From: a virus
Length of the DNA stretch: 64,000 bases
Direction: 5' to 3' (one strand)
Virus record (IMG/VR): IMGVR_UViG_3300023179_009086
Coordinates: 12,607 to 76,606 of that record
The notes beneath the pieces were generated by a model. The model did no database searches. It was not told the DNA's origin and saw nothing but the letters and a program-made list of their open reading frames with translations. Within the stretch, counting starts at the first letter, position 1. Every line of letters starts with the position of its first letter. Made by a program: the position numbers and the translations under genes. Shown piece after piece: positions 51,385-61,137 of this stretch.

Positions 51385-54300
51385 TTACGACCTCGGAATA
51401 ATCTTGGCAGGAATGGTGATTACCCCTACTTCAATAATATTATGATATTTTGACAACCAATCATCTAGTCTATCACGAATATCTATCCAAGATCTTTGTC
51501 TTGGTCCATCCTTTGGAAAAATATCATAAATAGAACTTGAACTACCATTTACTCCTAAATTAACCTGGGAATTTAGGGCTCCAAAAAGTTTTCTATCTAG
51601 ACAAAGAATTTTACCAACATTGGTATCTTTTTTCTTATTAATAACAGAGATCTGCTCAATAATTTTTTCGGATGGAATTGGATAAGCAATCCTAGAATTA
51701 GGCAAAGACATTGGCTGAGAAGTATATCTATCGGTAATAGAAGCTCCAACCCCGTTTCCAGTTAGTCCAACTTTATTTCCAAGTGAACCTAAAGATCCAG
51801 ATAAATTAATACTTAAATTAGAAATATTATTTAAATTAGAAGAAGTTACTTGAATTGGATTTTCAAAAATAGATCTAACAGCACTTAAAGCCCTGGCTGC
51901 ATACTGAGAACCTTCTTCATCATTTTCTTCTTTTATAAAAGCTCTTAATAAAAGATATCTTTCTCCAGATAAATATCCAGTAGATAATTGAGACATCATT
52001 TCTGTAAATCTAGGATTATTATTACCATAAGATAATAAATCTATCCCTGGGCTAGAACTTTCACCTCCAGAAATTATACTTGGAATTAGAAGAGTGCATT
52101 CTGGAGATAATGGAATATAATTATCATCAGATCGACTAGAGCGATAAGTTAGAAAAGTGCTATCACTTTTCCCTAAAGTTTGTTGACCAAAAATATCCAT
52201 AGGATTAGGAAGATAAACACCGGGTGGTCTTCCATATTTTATAGATAAGTTTGTTGTAAAATCTGCAGAACTATAACTAAAAATATGACCGACAGAAGTT
52301 ATATAATAAAGTAAATTTTTAGAAGGTATATAAACTGTATCTCCGGCTTGATAAAATTCATTTCCTATAATAGTCAAGTTTCCAGAGTTTACTTCTGCGC
52401 CGGCCAAAATAAGCTCTAAAACTGCAAAGGGTTTACCCATAGTTTCAGAATCTGTAATAAATGGAATATTTAGTGATTCAACTTTGTAACCATATTGTCT
52501 CCAAAGATCAAAATCTGTAGCTCCAGCCCAAAGTAATTTACCGTCTGTTTGACTAGCTAATTCTCCAGTTAAATTTAAAGGAGTATCTCCTATAACATCG
52601 CATCTTGTAAATTGTGGTGAATTTTCTGAAAATGTAGCAGAAATAATTTGATCATCATAAACTATAAATCTTTTGCCAGATCCATATCCTAAAATATTAA
52701 CTGTATCATCTTCAATTAAATAATCAAATGGAGTAGACTGATAAGTATCTCCTGTAATAACATCTATTGTAGTTTGAATAACATCAGAGGTTCTTTCTAG
52801 AACCTCTTGAGCTCCACTTAAAATATTTGAAAGTCCAGAAGTTCCTTGGACAGCAGGAGTTTCTAAATTAAGAACATTACCCTCATTAGTAAGAATTCCG
52901 ATAGCTTCTTCTAATTCTTGTTTTCTTTGTAAACTTGATTTTAAAAGTCTAACATAAGAATCTCTTGTAGAAATAGTTATTTCTAATTCTCTAATTAAAT
53001 TATTAATTTTTGCAGAAGAAGTTGTTACTTGATCTTCTGAAAGTTGATTTTCTGCTTTTAAATTTTCAGAAAATAAAAGATCTTTATCTTCAAATTTATC
53101 TTTAGCATAAAGACCAGAAGCAGGATCTCTACCAGTTAATTTTTTAAATTCATTTCTTATTTTATTGAGATTATCAGTAGTTGCAACACTTTTAGCAACA
53201 GGGTCTCCGTAACCAAAAATTGCATTTTGAAGATCTTCAACTAAAGTTTGAGAAGCTATAGCAATAGCATCAAATTCTCCTAATAAAGTTTCGGTATCTC
53301 CATCCATAATTTTAACATCATCTGTTAAAGATACTTTCAAAGAGATGCCTCTATTTAAACTATTAGATAAAGAAGTTTGGGCTCCAATACTATCAAATTT
53401 AAAATTAGTTGACTCATTTGCTGTATAACTATTAGTTTTAATACTAGCTACTGGATCTTCTCCGCTGGAAAAAGTCACTCCAAAAAATGACATAGAAGAA
53501 TCAGTAATAGTAGTTGATTCTGCAAATGCTTCTACAGAAGTGGTATATTTTAAACTAGGAATTAAACTAGAATCTGGAAATCTGCCTAGCAAAAGGGCTA
53601 CTAAAACAATTCTAACATTTGAATAATATATATTTTCATATAAAACTTTTTCTCTAGTTTTTAAAGAAGAAGTAATAAAATCAGGAATAATATCTTTTCC
53701 AGTAATTTTTTTATATCTTACTAAATCTCTTAGCAATGTCAAAGGAGTTTTATTCCATTGCGGGGGTCGCAACTCTAGGTGACCCTGGGAATTACAAAAA
53801 AATTCCATATGAATATGTTTTGCAGCAGAAACACAAAGTTCATAAATACCTTCATATTCTCCGTCAAACTTTTTATATTGTGAATTATTCATACCCAATA
53901 TAAAAGGTCTAATATCAGCAGTATCATATTGATCAGAAATAATTAAATAATTATTATCTCTATTTAATCTTACATCTTCAATTCTTCTTAAAGCTCCAAC
54001 TTTAGACATAGTTCTTACAATTTCTTCATGCTCATCTTTAGTAGCGCCCAAAAAAAGTGGTGCAGAATTTTGAGGATCAAAAAGAGTTCCAAATAAAGAA
54101 CTGGAAGATAATTGCTCTGCAGAGTTAATAGCATTATTTACACTTAATACATCACCAAGTCTAGAATTTAAGGAAGCAGTAATAGAATTAACTTCTGCTT
54201 TTAAAGCAGCAATTATAGGAGTATTTGGAGTATTTTGTTTTAGTTTTAAAATTTGTTCATTTAATTTTGCTTTTCTATTAGATAAAACTTTAATTTCATT

Positions 54301-56592
54301 ATTTAATTCTTGTTTTCTGCCCTGTAAAGATAATATTTCTAAAGTTGCAGAATTTTGAGTAAATAATCTATATGGTTTAAAATTTCCATAAATTTTATTT
54401 TGTTTTCTAATAGAATCTAGATATCCAGTTAAAGGATCATTGGATCCAAGAGTTGCTGTATACCTTGAAGATTTATTGCCTGCCTCAAAAGATTGTTCAA
54501 TAAATCTAAGCAAATTATATGGCTCTCCAGCCACTAATGTAGAAATGATATTAGCAACATCTAAATTATTTACTGGATTTTTAACTGCACTTGGAGCATA
54601 ATATTGAGTATATTGAGCTAATTCTGCAGAGCTTTTACCACCAACTGTGTTGAAATTAGCGGTAGCGGAAATGATTCCAGTTTTCCATCTATAAACAAAA
54701 CCATCTGCATGCTGCATAATTTTTTGACCATCTAATGATCCAATACCATTAAACTGTCCTTGATAAATATTTGAAGAATTTGCATTACTTCCAGCTAAAA
54801 GCCCGCTATTATATGATAATAAATTGGTGTCTAATAAATATTTATTTTCATCCAATAATTCAATATTTTCATAGTCAACACTAAAAGTATCATTTACCTT
54901 AAGTTTATAAGGTGTTAGTGGATCTTCTAAGATCCCGCTTACATCAGATAAAATAGGCTCTGATGGGACTCGACTCCAAGATAACCATCCCATGTTATCT
55001 TTAACCGAGACTCTCAAGGAAGTAGCTCCATTTGAATATGACTCTGTAGAATTTTCTACATAACCACAAAATACTTGAATCATTCCAAGAGAATTATCTT
55101 GTTCTCTTCTTAATTTTTTATAATCTTCATAAGAAACTTGTTGATTAGTGTATAATTGATATTCTGCTTTAAAAACACTTTCACTAATTGAATATTCTGA
55201 TTCATCAGTTAATAAATCATCTTCAATACCTTTATGAGATTGTCTAAATCTATTTCCTCTTATAAAAAAATGAACGGTATCAGAAGGATTAATAATTGGT
55301 TTTCCTAAATAAAAAACTCTTAAAGATTTTCTAATATAATCTATATCAATTGATGAATCTAAAATATCAGTTCCACTAAGCAAAGTTCCAGCGCCAATTA
55401 AAGTTACGCCATCCACTGCGGGCTTGGTAATGCCATTGGCAGAAGACATAAATCCATTAGAAGCTAAATCTGAAAAAAGACCAAGGGTGCCACGAAGAGC
55501 TTCTTCTATGGCTATCTCGATATCATCATCCGTTATTCTTCCAATTCCATATGGAAACTCTAAAGTAAAAGAACCACCAGCTGGAGTAGATCCTGTGCTA
55601 TTATCGCAGATAAAATCTGTAAAATTAGTGATTTCTATAACACCAGTTCCAGGTCCAGTAAGATAATAATCTATACTATTTGGATCTACAATCCATGTAG
55701 TTAAATTTGTATCTTGAGAAAAAGCATTTCTTTTTATTATTTCTATAATCTCTGAATTTCTTGCATCACCAGTAGAGCTATAACTATAGTAGTCCGCAAG
55801 TGATGAAAAATATTGATTAAATTCAAAAGAACTACTATTTGAAGCAAATGGATCATTAATACCCGCAGTTATTTCTGAATTATATTCAGCTTTAAAAAAT
55901 TCTAATTTAGAATTTAAAATTGTTTTAGCTTCAAAAGAAGAAAGAGAGGAAATAAATTCTTTATTTGATTGAACAAAAATTGTTTCTTTTTTAAGAAAAC
56001 CATTGTTATCAACTTTTAAATCAGAAGAAACTAAAGATTTAGATTCTTCAGAATTTGAAACTGGTTGATTTAACCATTCTTCTAATTTAGCATTGGCATA
56101 TTCATCTGCATTTTTATAATTTAATTTTCCCAAAAATTGAGAAGTAAAAGAATTTGGATTAGAAGTTAAAAATGAGCTTTGTCTCATCATAGATGAGAGT
56201 AAATTTAAACTATAAGTTCCAGTTTTTGTATAAAAAGTTTCAAATTTAGTTAAACTTTCATATGACCTAATTTGTTGAACTTTATAAGCAAAAAGAGCTT
56301 TGGTTGCTCTTAATAGCATTCTTTCGGTTTTTTCCATAAACCGAACATCATTAGCTGCCGAAAAAGTTGAAAAAGCTTTTTTCTTTACAAGAATTACTGC
56401 CTCTGGTGACATTGAGGTAATATTTCTAAATTTTGGACTAGAAGATTTTAAAATATTATCTTCTAGATATAAGGAAACACCTGTTTCTACTAGCCCTGGG
56501 CCAGAAATATAAACTGGATTTCCAGTGGTGATATCTTTTCTAACTCTTTGTAAGGTTTGGGCTGTTTTTTTTAATAAATCATTAAAACTCAT
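51385..56592 (-). CDS. baseplate hub, gp27/gpD-like, with large insertions
   Basis: FCGYV...LRVSVKD, EFFCNSQGHLELRPP, GNLTIIGN...AGDTV...YYITSVGH...FTTNL. Confidence 0.75.
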   Translation of the reverse strand: MSFNDLLKKTAQTLQRVRKDITTGNPVYISGPGLVETGVSLYLEDNILKSSSPKFRNITSMSPEAVILVKKKAFSTFSAANDVRFMEKTERMLLRATKALFAYKVQQIRSYESLTKFETFYTKTGTYSLNLLSSMMRQSSFLTSNPNSFTSQFLGKLNYKNADEYANAKLEEWLNQPVSNSEESKSLVSSDLKVDNNGFLKKETIFVQSNKEFISSLSSFEAKTILNSKLEFFKAEYNSEITAGINDPFASNSSSFEFNQYFSSLADYYSYSSTGDARNSEIIEIIKRNAFSQDTNLTTWIVDPNSIDYYLTGPGTGVIEITNFTDFICDNSTGSTPAGGSFTLEFPYGIGRITDDDIEIAIEEALRGTLGLFSDLASNGFMSSANGITKPAVDGVTLIGAGTLLSGTDILDSSIDIDYIRKSLRVFYLGKPIINPSDTVHFFIRGNRFRQSHKGIEDDLLTDESEYSISESVFKAEYQLYTNQQVSYEDYKKLRREQDNSLGMIQVFCGYVENSTESYSNGATSLRVSVKDNMGWLSWSRVPSEPILSDVSGILEDPLTPYKLKVNDTFSVDYENIELLDENKYLLDTNLLSYNSGLLAGSNANSSNIYQGQFNGIGSLDGQKIMQHADGFVYRWKTGIISATANFNTVGGKSSAELAQYTQYYAPSAVKNPVNNLDVANIISTLVAGEPYNLLRFIEQSFEAGNKSSRYTATLGSNDPLTGYLDSIRKQNKIYGNFKPYRLFTQNSATLEILSLQGRKQELNNEIKVLSNRKAKLNEQILKLKQNTPNTPIIAALKAEVNSITASLNSRLGDVLSVNNAINSAEQLSSSSLFGTLFDPQNSAPLFLGATKDEHEEIVRTMSKVGALRRIEDVRLNRDNNYLIISDQYDTADIRPFILGMNNSQYKKFDGEYEGIYELCVSAAKHIHMEFFCNSQGHLELRPPQWNKTPLTLLRDLVRYKKITGKDIIPDFITSSLKTREKVLYENIYYSNVRIVLVALLLGRFPDSSLIPSLKYTTSVEAFAESTTITDSSMSFFGVTFSSGEDPVASIKTNSYTANESTNFKFDSIGAQTSLSNSLNRGISLKVSLTDDVKIMDGDTETLLGEFDAIAIASQTLVEDLQNAIFGYGDPVAKSVATTDNLNKIRNEFKKLTGRDPASGLYAKDKFEDKDLLFSENLKAENQLSEDQVTTSSAKINNLIRELEITISTRDSYVRLLKSSLQRKQELEEAIGILTNEGNVLNLETPAVQGTSGLSNILSGAQEVLERTSDVIQTTIDVITGDTYQSTPFDYLIEDDTVNILGYGSGKRFIVYDDQIISATFSENSPQFTRCDVIGDTPLNLTGELASQTDGKLLWAGATDFDLWRQYGYKVESLNIPFITDSETMGKPFAVLELILAGAEVNSGNLTIIGNEFYQAGDTVYIPSKNLLYYITSVGHIFSYSSADFTTNLSIKYGRPPGVYLPNPMDIFGQQTLGKSDSTFLTYRSSRSDDNYIPLSPECTLLIPSIISGGESSSPGIDLLSYGNNNPRFTEMMSQLSTGYLSGERYLLLRAFIKEENDEEGSQYAARALSAVRSIFENPIQVTSSNLNNISNLSINLSGSLGSLGNKVGLTGNGVGASITDRYTSQPMSLPNSRIAYPIPSEKIIEQISVINKKKDTNVGKILCLDRKLFGALNSQVNLGVNGSSSSIYDIFPKDGPRQRSWIDIRDRLDDWLSKYHNIIEVGVITIPAKIIPRS

Positions 56593-56605
56593 AGCAGGAT
56601 TATAC

Positions 56606-57673
56606 CTATCCAGTAATAAGTTTTCTTCTAGAAATAGAGTTATTTGTTGTTGAAATTTCTGGGTCTAAAAATTCAGATTTTTGTTCTCTAGTTCCGGTAA
56701 AAATTCCAGAATTTTCATTTCTATAAAAATTATCATAATCATTTTGCTGCCAGGCTTCTGCACCCTCTACCGGCTCTAATGGAAAGGAAAGTCTATTAAT
56801 TCCAGGGTAGGTTCCTTTGGATACCCAAGGTCCTTGTGATTTTTCTGTTTTTCCATTGGCATCCAAGGGATTTCTATGCCATGGCATAAAGTTATTTCTT
56901 TCTCCATATTTTCTGGTAACTTTAAAAGAAAAATTATAATCAAAAAGTCCTGGAGTATCTCCAGATTCATTAAAACCGAATGAAGTAAAAAAACCTCTAT
57001 AAAAAACTCCATCGTGATACATTTGAATATTAGTGGCAAAAGCAGCTAAAGTTGGAATGGAAGGTGCCAAGGCCGGTGTATAATCGGAGCCTCCATTTTG
57101 AACTAAGTCAGAAAAAACACTGACGGCACTGGAAAGACCATTAATAGTCCCAGAGATAGCTCCACCAGTTAAAATGGTATCAGCAATAGTTAATCCTAAA
57201 GCCGTTGTGTTTTCTACGCTACTAGTTTCTTGAGCACCGGTAATAGCCTGATCTAGAGCTTCTTGTGCTAATCTACGATCTCTTTCTTCTAAAATTTTAG
57301 GAAAATGTAGTTGTTCATGTCTATATATTGAATATAAAACATTAATACCCTCAATGCCAGAAGATCCTGTTGTTCCATTGATTTCTAAAGAGGTTAAAGT
57401 CTCTCCCCAATATTGGACTGAGTAACCACCTTTTGTTAAAGTATCTTTTATATTTTTTTGTTCTGTAGTTCTAATTTGAGATGGATTGATATATAATTTT
57501 TTTTTATCCCAATAAACTCCATCTGTTTTTTGAGATCCATTTTGAGCACCATTTAATTGAAGTGAGTTATTATTAAAAACAGATGGAAATCCAGAAACTG
57601 GAGAAACATCTCTAGTTAAAGAGTCCATGCTTAATGGTAAATAAAATATAATTGTTTCTCTTTTTGATTTCAT
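56606..57673 (-). CDS. tail tube initiator (gp48/gp54/gpU-like)
   Basis: YINPSQI, TKGG..QYWGE...INGTTG, YRGFF..F...E....FDYNFSF; located between tape measure and hub. Confidence 0.7.
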   Translation of the reverse strand: MKSKRETIIFYLPLSMDSLTRDVSPVSGFPSVFNNNSLQLNGAQNGSQKTDGVYWDKKKLYINPSQIRTTEQKNIKDTLTKGGYSVQYWGETLTSLEINGTTGSSGIEGINVLYSIYRHEQLHFPKILEERDRRLAQEALDQAITGAQETSSVENTTALGLTIADTILTGGAISGTINGLSSAVSVFSDLVQNGGSDYTPALAPSIPTLAAFATNIQMYHDGVFYRGFFTSFGFNESGDTPGLFDYNFSFKVTRKYGERNNFMPWHRNPLDANGKTEKSQGPWVSKGTYPGINRLSFPLEPVEGAEAWQQNDYDNFYRNENSGIFTGTREQKSEFLDPEISTTNNSISRRKLITG

Positions 57674-57710
57674 AATTAATCAAACTTTATTACTATAAAA
57701 TATTTATTTT

Positions 57711-59525
57711 TTATTGACCACTTCCAGGGCCTGTATTTACATTTAACCCAGCAGTTGGTCCGGAAAGAAGTTCTTTTGCATCTGCAGACAAATCAAAAAT
57801 AAAAGTTTGTGGACCTTTAAAAACTTCAGATAAAGCTGTTTTTAAAGCATCTATTAAAGGTCTATTTTCATTAATTAAATCTTTATTTTTTTCACTGTTA
57901 TTTTCTGGTGATGTTAATTCTTTATTTTTACCCAATAAATCTTTAAAATAATTTGATATTTGATCAAAATATTTTTCAGCAAGTTCTTTTGACAAATTAG
58001 TAGAGTTAATAGCTTCAGAGGCTGTATTTACTACCATTTCGGTACCTCCTTCTGCAAGGTACGCCTCATTAGCTGCAATTTCTCGAAAAAATTCTGCAAC
58101 ATTTCTATTAAAAGTAAACATTTCTGCAGTTAAAGATCCTATGGAAATATTTAATTTTTCCATTTCATCTTTACTAGCTTCTCTACCCTCTATTTCTTTG
58201 GATAATTGCTCTGCTAATTCTTTTTGACCTTGAGTATCTCCCATGGCTTTAGCTTGATCTATTTTGGATAATAAATCTAAAACTGCATCTTGAGTTCCAA
58301 CATCATTAATACCATATTGAGATAACATCTGGCCTTGCATATAAAATTGATTTTGGAGTTCTGGAGATTTAGAAGCTTGCTCTAAAGTAATAATATTTCC
58401 ACCTGTTAAAGAAGCAATGGTATCTTTCATTTGTTTAGCCATCTCTATAGCCATAGCTCCTTGTTCTCCAGTGGCTTCCGCTTGTCTTAAGTTTTGCCTC
58501 ATCTCAATAGAAGTACCAAGAACGCCACCGGCAGTAGCTCCACCGCCACCTCTAATCTGCGTTAGGTATGCTAAACCGTAATTTTGAGAAAGATTACCTA
58601 ATGAGCTTACTAATGATTGTGTAGCATCATTTGCTGTATTAATTCCTAGACCAACATCTTTCATTGTTTTTGCAAAATTTTCTAAAATAGGTCTACCGAA
58701 ATCTACCGACATCCCCATTTTTTGAAAATTTCTAGTTGCCGATTCTAGAGTAGAAGCTACGGTTCTAAAGTTAATTCCGGTTTCAGAAGAAACCGCAGAA
58801 AAACCAGCCATAGCTTCTGTAGCAGCCTGCACACTCATTCCCTGGTCATTAATAAGTGATTCAAAATATCTAGATGATTCGCCAGCGCTAATACCTGCCG
58901 CACTAGCTTGTGCAGTAGCCACTGTATATAAATCCAATTCACCATAAGCTGTAGACACAGTTTTAGTCAAAGTTTGTATATTAAGATTTGTATTTTTTGC
59001 TGAATCTAAAAAATTTTGTAGTTCTTGAGTTGAAATATAAGCTGCTCTTGAGAAATCTGTTAGAGCCTGTTTTGGAATTGAATCAGTCATAGCTCTTGCG
59101 GATTCAATACCCATTCCAAAAGACTTAGTTAAATTAAACATATTTTCATCAACTTCTCTAATTGGTTTAGAGAATGAATCAAAAAAATTAATAGTATCCC
59201 TAGTTCCTTCACCTAAAACTTTTGATAATTCACCCGAAATATTTCCAAGACTCTTTAAAAAAGTTCCTATACCACTACCTACACCTCCTATACCTGTTGA
59301 AAATTTTGCTGCGGTCTCACCTGCACTGCTAAAAGCATTTGATAATAAAGTTGCAGCAGATGTTAAATCATCAAATCCAGAAGTTCCAGTTTTTAAACCA
59401 TTACCTAAAGATTGGATTGCCTTATTAATATTTGTAATGCCAGCAAGCGCATTATCGGTGGTTTTTGTTAATTCTTTTACTGCTTTGTCAGTTTGTAGTA
59501 TTTCACTTTCAAATTGTGATCCCAT
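57711..59525 (-). CDS. tape measure protein
   Basis: Ala/Gly/Ser/Thr-rich helical 604-aa protein directly after the chaperone pair (TAATG overlap). Confidence 0.8.
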   Translation of the reverse strand: MGSQFESEILQTDKAVKELTKTTDNALAGITNINKAIQSLGNGLKTGTSGFDDLTSAATLLSNAFSSAGETAAKFSTGIGGVGSGIGTFLKSLGNISGELSKVLGEGTRDTINFFDSFSKPIREVDENMFNLTKSFGMGIESARAMTDSIPKQALTDFSRAAYISTQELQNFLDSAKNTNLNIQTLTKTVSTAYGELDLYTVATAQASAAGISAGESSRYFESLINDQGMSVQAATEAMAGFSAVSSETGINFRTVASTLESATRNFQKMGMSVDFGRPILENFAKTMKDVGLGINTANDATQSLVSSLGNLSQNYGLAYLTQIRGGGGATAGGVLGTSIEMRQNLRQAEATGEQGAMAIEMAKQMKDTIASLTGGNIITLEQASKSPELQNQFYMQGQMLSQYGINDVGTQDAVLDLLSKIDQAKAMGDTQGQKELAEQLSKEIEGREASKDEMEKLNISIGSLTAEMFTFNRNVAEFFREIAANEAYLAEGGTEMVVNTASEAINSTNLSKELAEKYFDQISNYFKDLLGKNKELTSPENNSEKNKDLINENRPLIDALKTALSEVFKGPQTFIFDLSADAKELLSGPTAGLNVNTGPGSGQ

Positions 59526-59953
59526 TAAAAATTATCCCTATTTATTTTTAGAATTCCAGAAAGTTCTTTAGGTAACCTAATATCTCTAGCCCCTTTTCTT
59601 TCTATAATATCATCAGAAAGATTAGCAGATAAATTTTCTTTTAAATAATTAACTTTTAAAAAGTCTTTATTCTTAATCATTTTATCAAACTCTTGATTAT
59701 TCATAAATCTATTATCTTTTTTAGCTTCTCTAGCAGATTTAATTTTTGAAACAGCTTCAGGATTTATAAAAGAAGCAATATATTCAGAAAAATTTAAATT
59801 TATTTCAAATTCTTCCTCAAAATCTTTTCCTATCATAAAACCATACCAAGCTAATTGGGCCAAATTAATTGACTTAATTCTTTCATCATCAATTGGACAG
59901 GACCAATGCTTGCAGAGGGCCCAGAGAATTCTTGACTCTGGACCCTCTGTTAT
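59525..59953 (-). CDS. tail assembly chaperone C-terminal (T) frame, reached by -1 frameshift
   Basis: The -1 frame is open from 59953 (ITEGPESRILWALCKHW...) into the track ORF 59525..59863, whose TTG start has no SD. Confidence 0.85.
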   Translation of the reverse strand: MTEGPESRILWALCKHWSCPIDDERIKSINLAQLAWYGFMIGKDFEEEFEINLNFSEYIASFINPEAVSKIKSAREAKKDNRFMNNQEFDKMIKNKDFLKVNYLKENLSANLSDDIIERKGARDIRLPKELSGILKINRDNF

Positions 59954-59959
59954 TTTTTT
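59913..59959 (-). promoter_or_regulatory. programmed -1 ribosomal frameshift signal (A AAA AAA + 14-bp stem-loop)
   Basis: GTA AAA AAA TAA is followed by CAGAGGGUCCAGAG-9 nt-CUCUGGGCCCUCUG. Confidence 0.85.
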
Positions 59960-60399
59960 ACTTCGTCAATCTCAATTTGAGAATTTGATTCTTCTAAAAG
60001 TTCTTCATAATTTTTAAATAATTTATTTACAACAGATAATTGTAAATTTTTAATAACAGATATTTTTTTATCATATATATCCAAATATTCTTCTGATTCC
60101 TCAGCAAGGTCTTCTAAAGGTGTTCCGTTAACTTTATCAATGGCAAAGGCTATTGATATAATTTTTGCATTAAGAAGTCTAAGGTCATCTGGTAACTTTA
60201 TTACTTTTGCAACCATAATTTTTTGATCTTCTGCAGTAAGGCTTTTCATTAAAAAACTACAATCACCACAGATAACATTTTTTTCTACTCTTCCTAAAAA
60301 AATAAGATCTTTTAAAGTTTTAATACTCATTTTTTTTTCTTCTTTTTTTTGTTCAATATTTTCTTTTTTAGAATCTAATGAAACAGATGTTTTTGACAT
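59950..60399 (-). CDS. tail assembly chaperone (G)
   Basis: 149 aa between tube and tape measure; GGAGAG SD; ends at the slippery site. Confidence 0.85.
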   Translation of the reverse strand: MSKTSVSLDSKKENIEQKKEEKKMSIKTLKDLIFLGRVEKNVICGDCSFLMKSLTAEDQKIMVAKVIKLPDDLRLLNAKIISIAFAIDKVNGTPLEDLAEESEEYLDIYDKKISVIKNLQLSVVNKLFKNYEELLEESNSQIEIDEVKK

Positions 60400-60426
60400 T
60401 TAAAACTCTCCAAAATAGATTATACT

Positions 60427-60464
60427 AAAAAAAAAACCCGTTACCAAATTTTGGTAACGGGTTT
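60427..60464 (-). terminator. intrinsic terminator after sheath-tube
   Basis: AAACCCGTTACCAA / TTGGTAACGGGTTT inverted repeat with an A10 run (U-tract on the minus strand). Confidence 0.88.
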
Positions 60465-60485
60465 AAATTTGATCTTTTTATTTTA

Positions 60486-61124
60486 TTAGAATGCCGACTT
60501 AATAAGACCTGGGAAGTCCAAGCTTCCTCTGTAGGTACCGTAATCTGCGGCTTGCTCAATAGCGTCAATCTGACGACCTTCTGAGCCAAGATCTCTACCG
60601 CCACCGACACCCTGACTGCTGGCGACTGGTGCGCCATTTCTTTCGGTGCTAATAGATTCTGCAGTAATGCTAGCATCTTCTGTAATGGTGTAATCATTAG
60701 TGGAATAAGTCTTACCTAATGAACCAAACCAACAATTGTGATAAGTAGTTACTATTGATCCACCCTCTTCTTCTGTACCCGTAAATCTATCAATAACTAC
60801 AATATCAAAAGGAATTCTTTGAGAGTGAATATTTCTAAACCCTCTGGCCATAGACTCTGGTAATGAAAGTCCATCAAATACAATTCTATTAACAGTTAAA
60901 TCTATTGTTGTTGGACCCTGTGGTACTGCCTCAATTACTCCATCTGTTCCAACTTCACTAATTCTTTTAATTGGTCTTTGTTGTCTTTCTTGGAAACTTT
61001 GAATGGCACCAACTGGTTGATTGTTTACATAAACAATAATCTGGGTGCTTAATCCAGTTCTTGTTTTTGCACCAGTTACTGCTTCAGAATCAAATAATGT
61101 TCCTGTATATGGATAAGATGCCAT
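60486..61124 (-). CDS. tail tube protein (gp19-like)
   Basis: 212 aa after the sheath; VGAIQSF...EVG...EAVP...LTVNR, PFDI, YHNCWF; AAGGAG SD. Confidence 0.85.
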   Translation of the reverse strand: MASYPYTGTLFDSEAVTGAKTRTGLSTQIIVYVNNQPVGAIQSFQERQQRPIKRISEVGTDGVIEAVPQGPTTIDLTVNRIVFDGLSLPESMARGFRNIHSQRIPFDIVVIDRFTGTEEEGGSIVTTYHNCWFGSLGKTYSTNDYTITEDASITAESISTERNGAPVASSQGVGGGRDLGSEGRQIDAIEQAADYGTYRGSLDFPGLIKSAF

Positions 61125-61137
61125 TTGAAATTACTCC

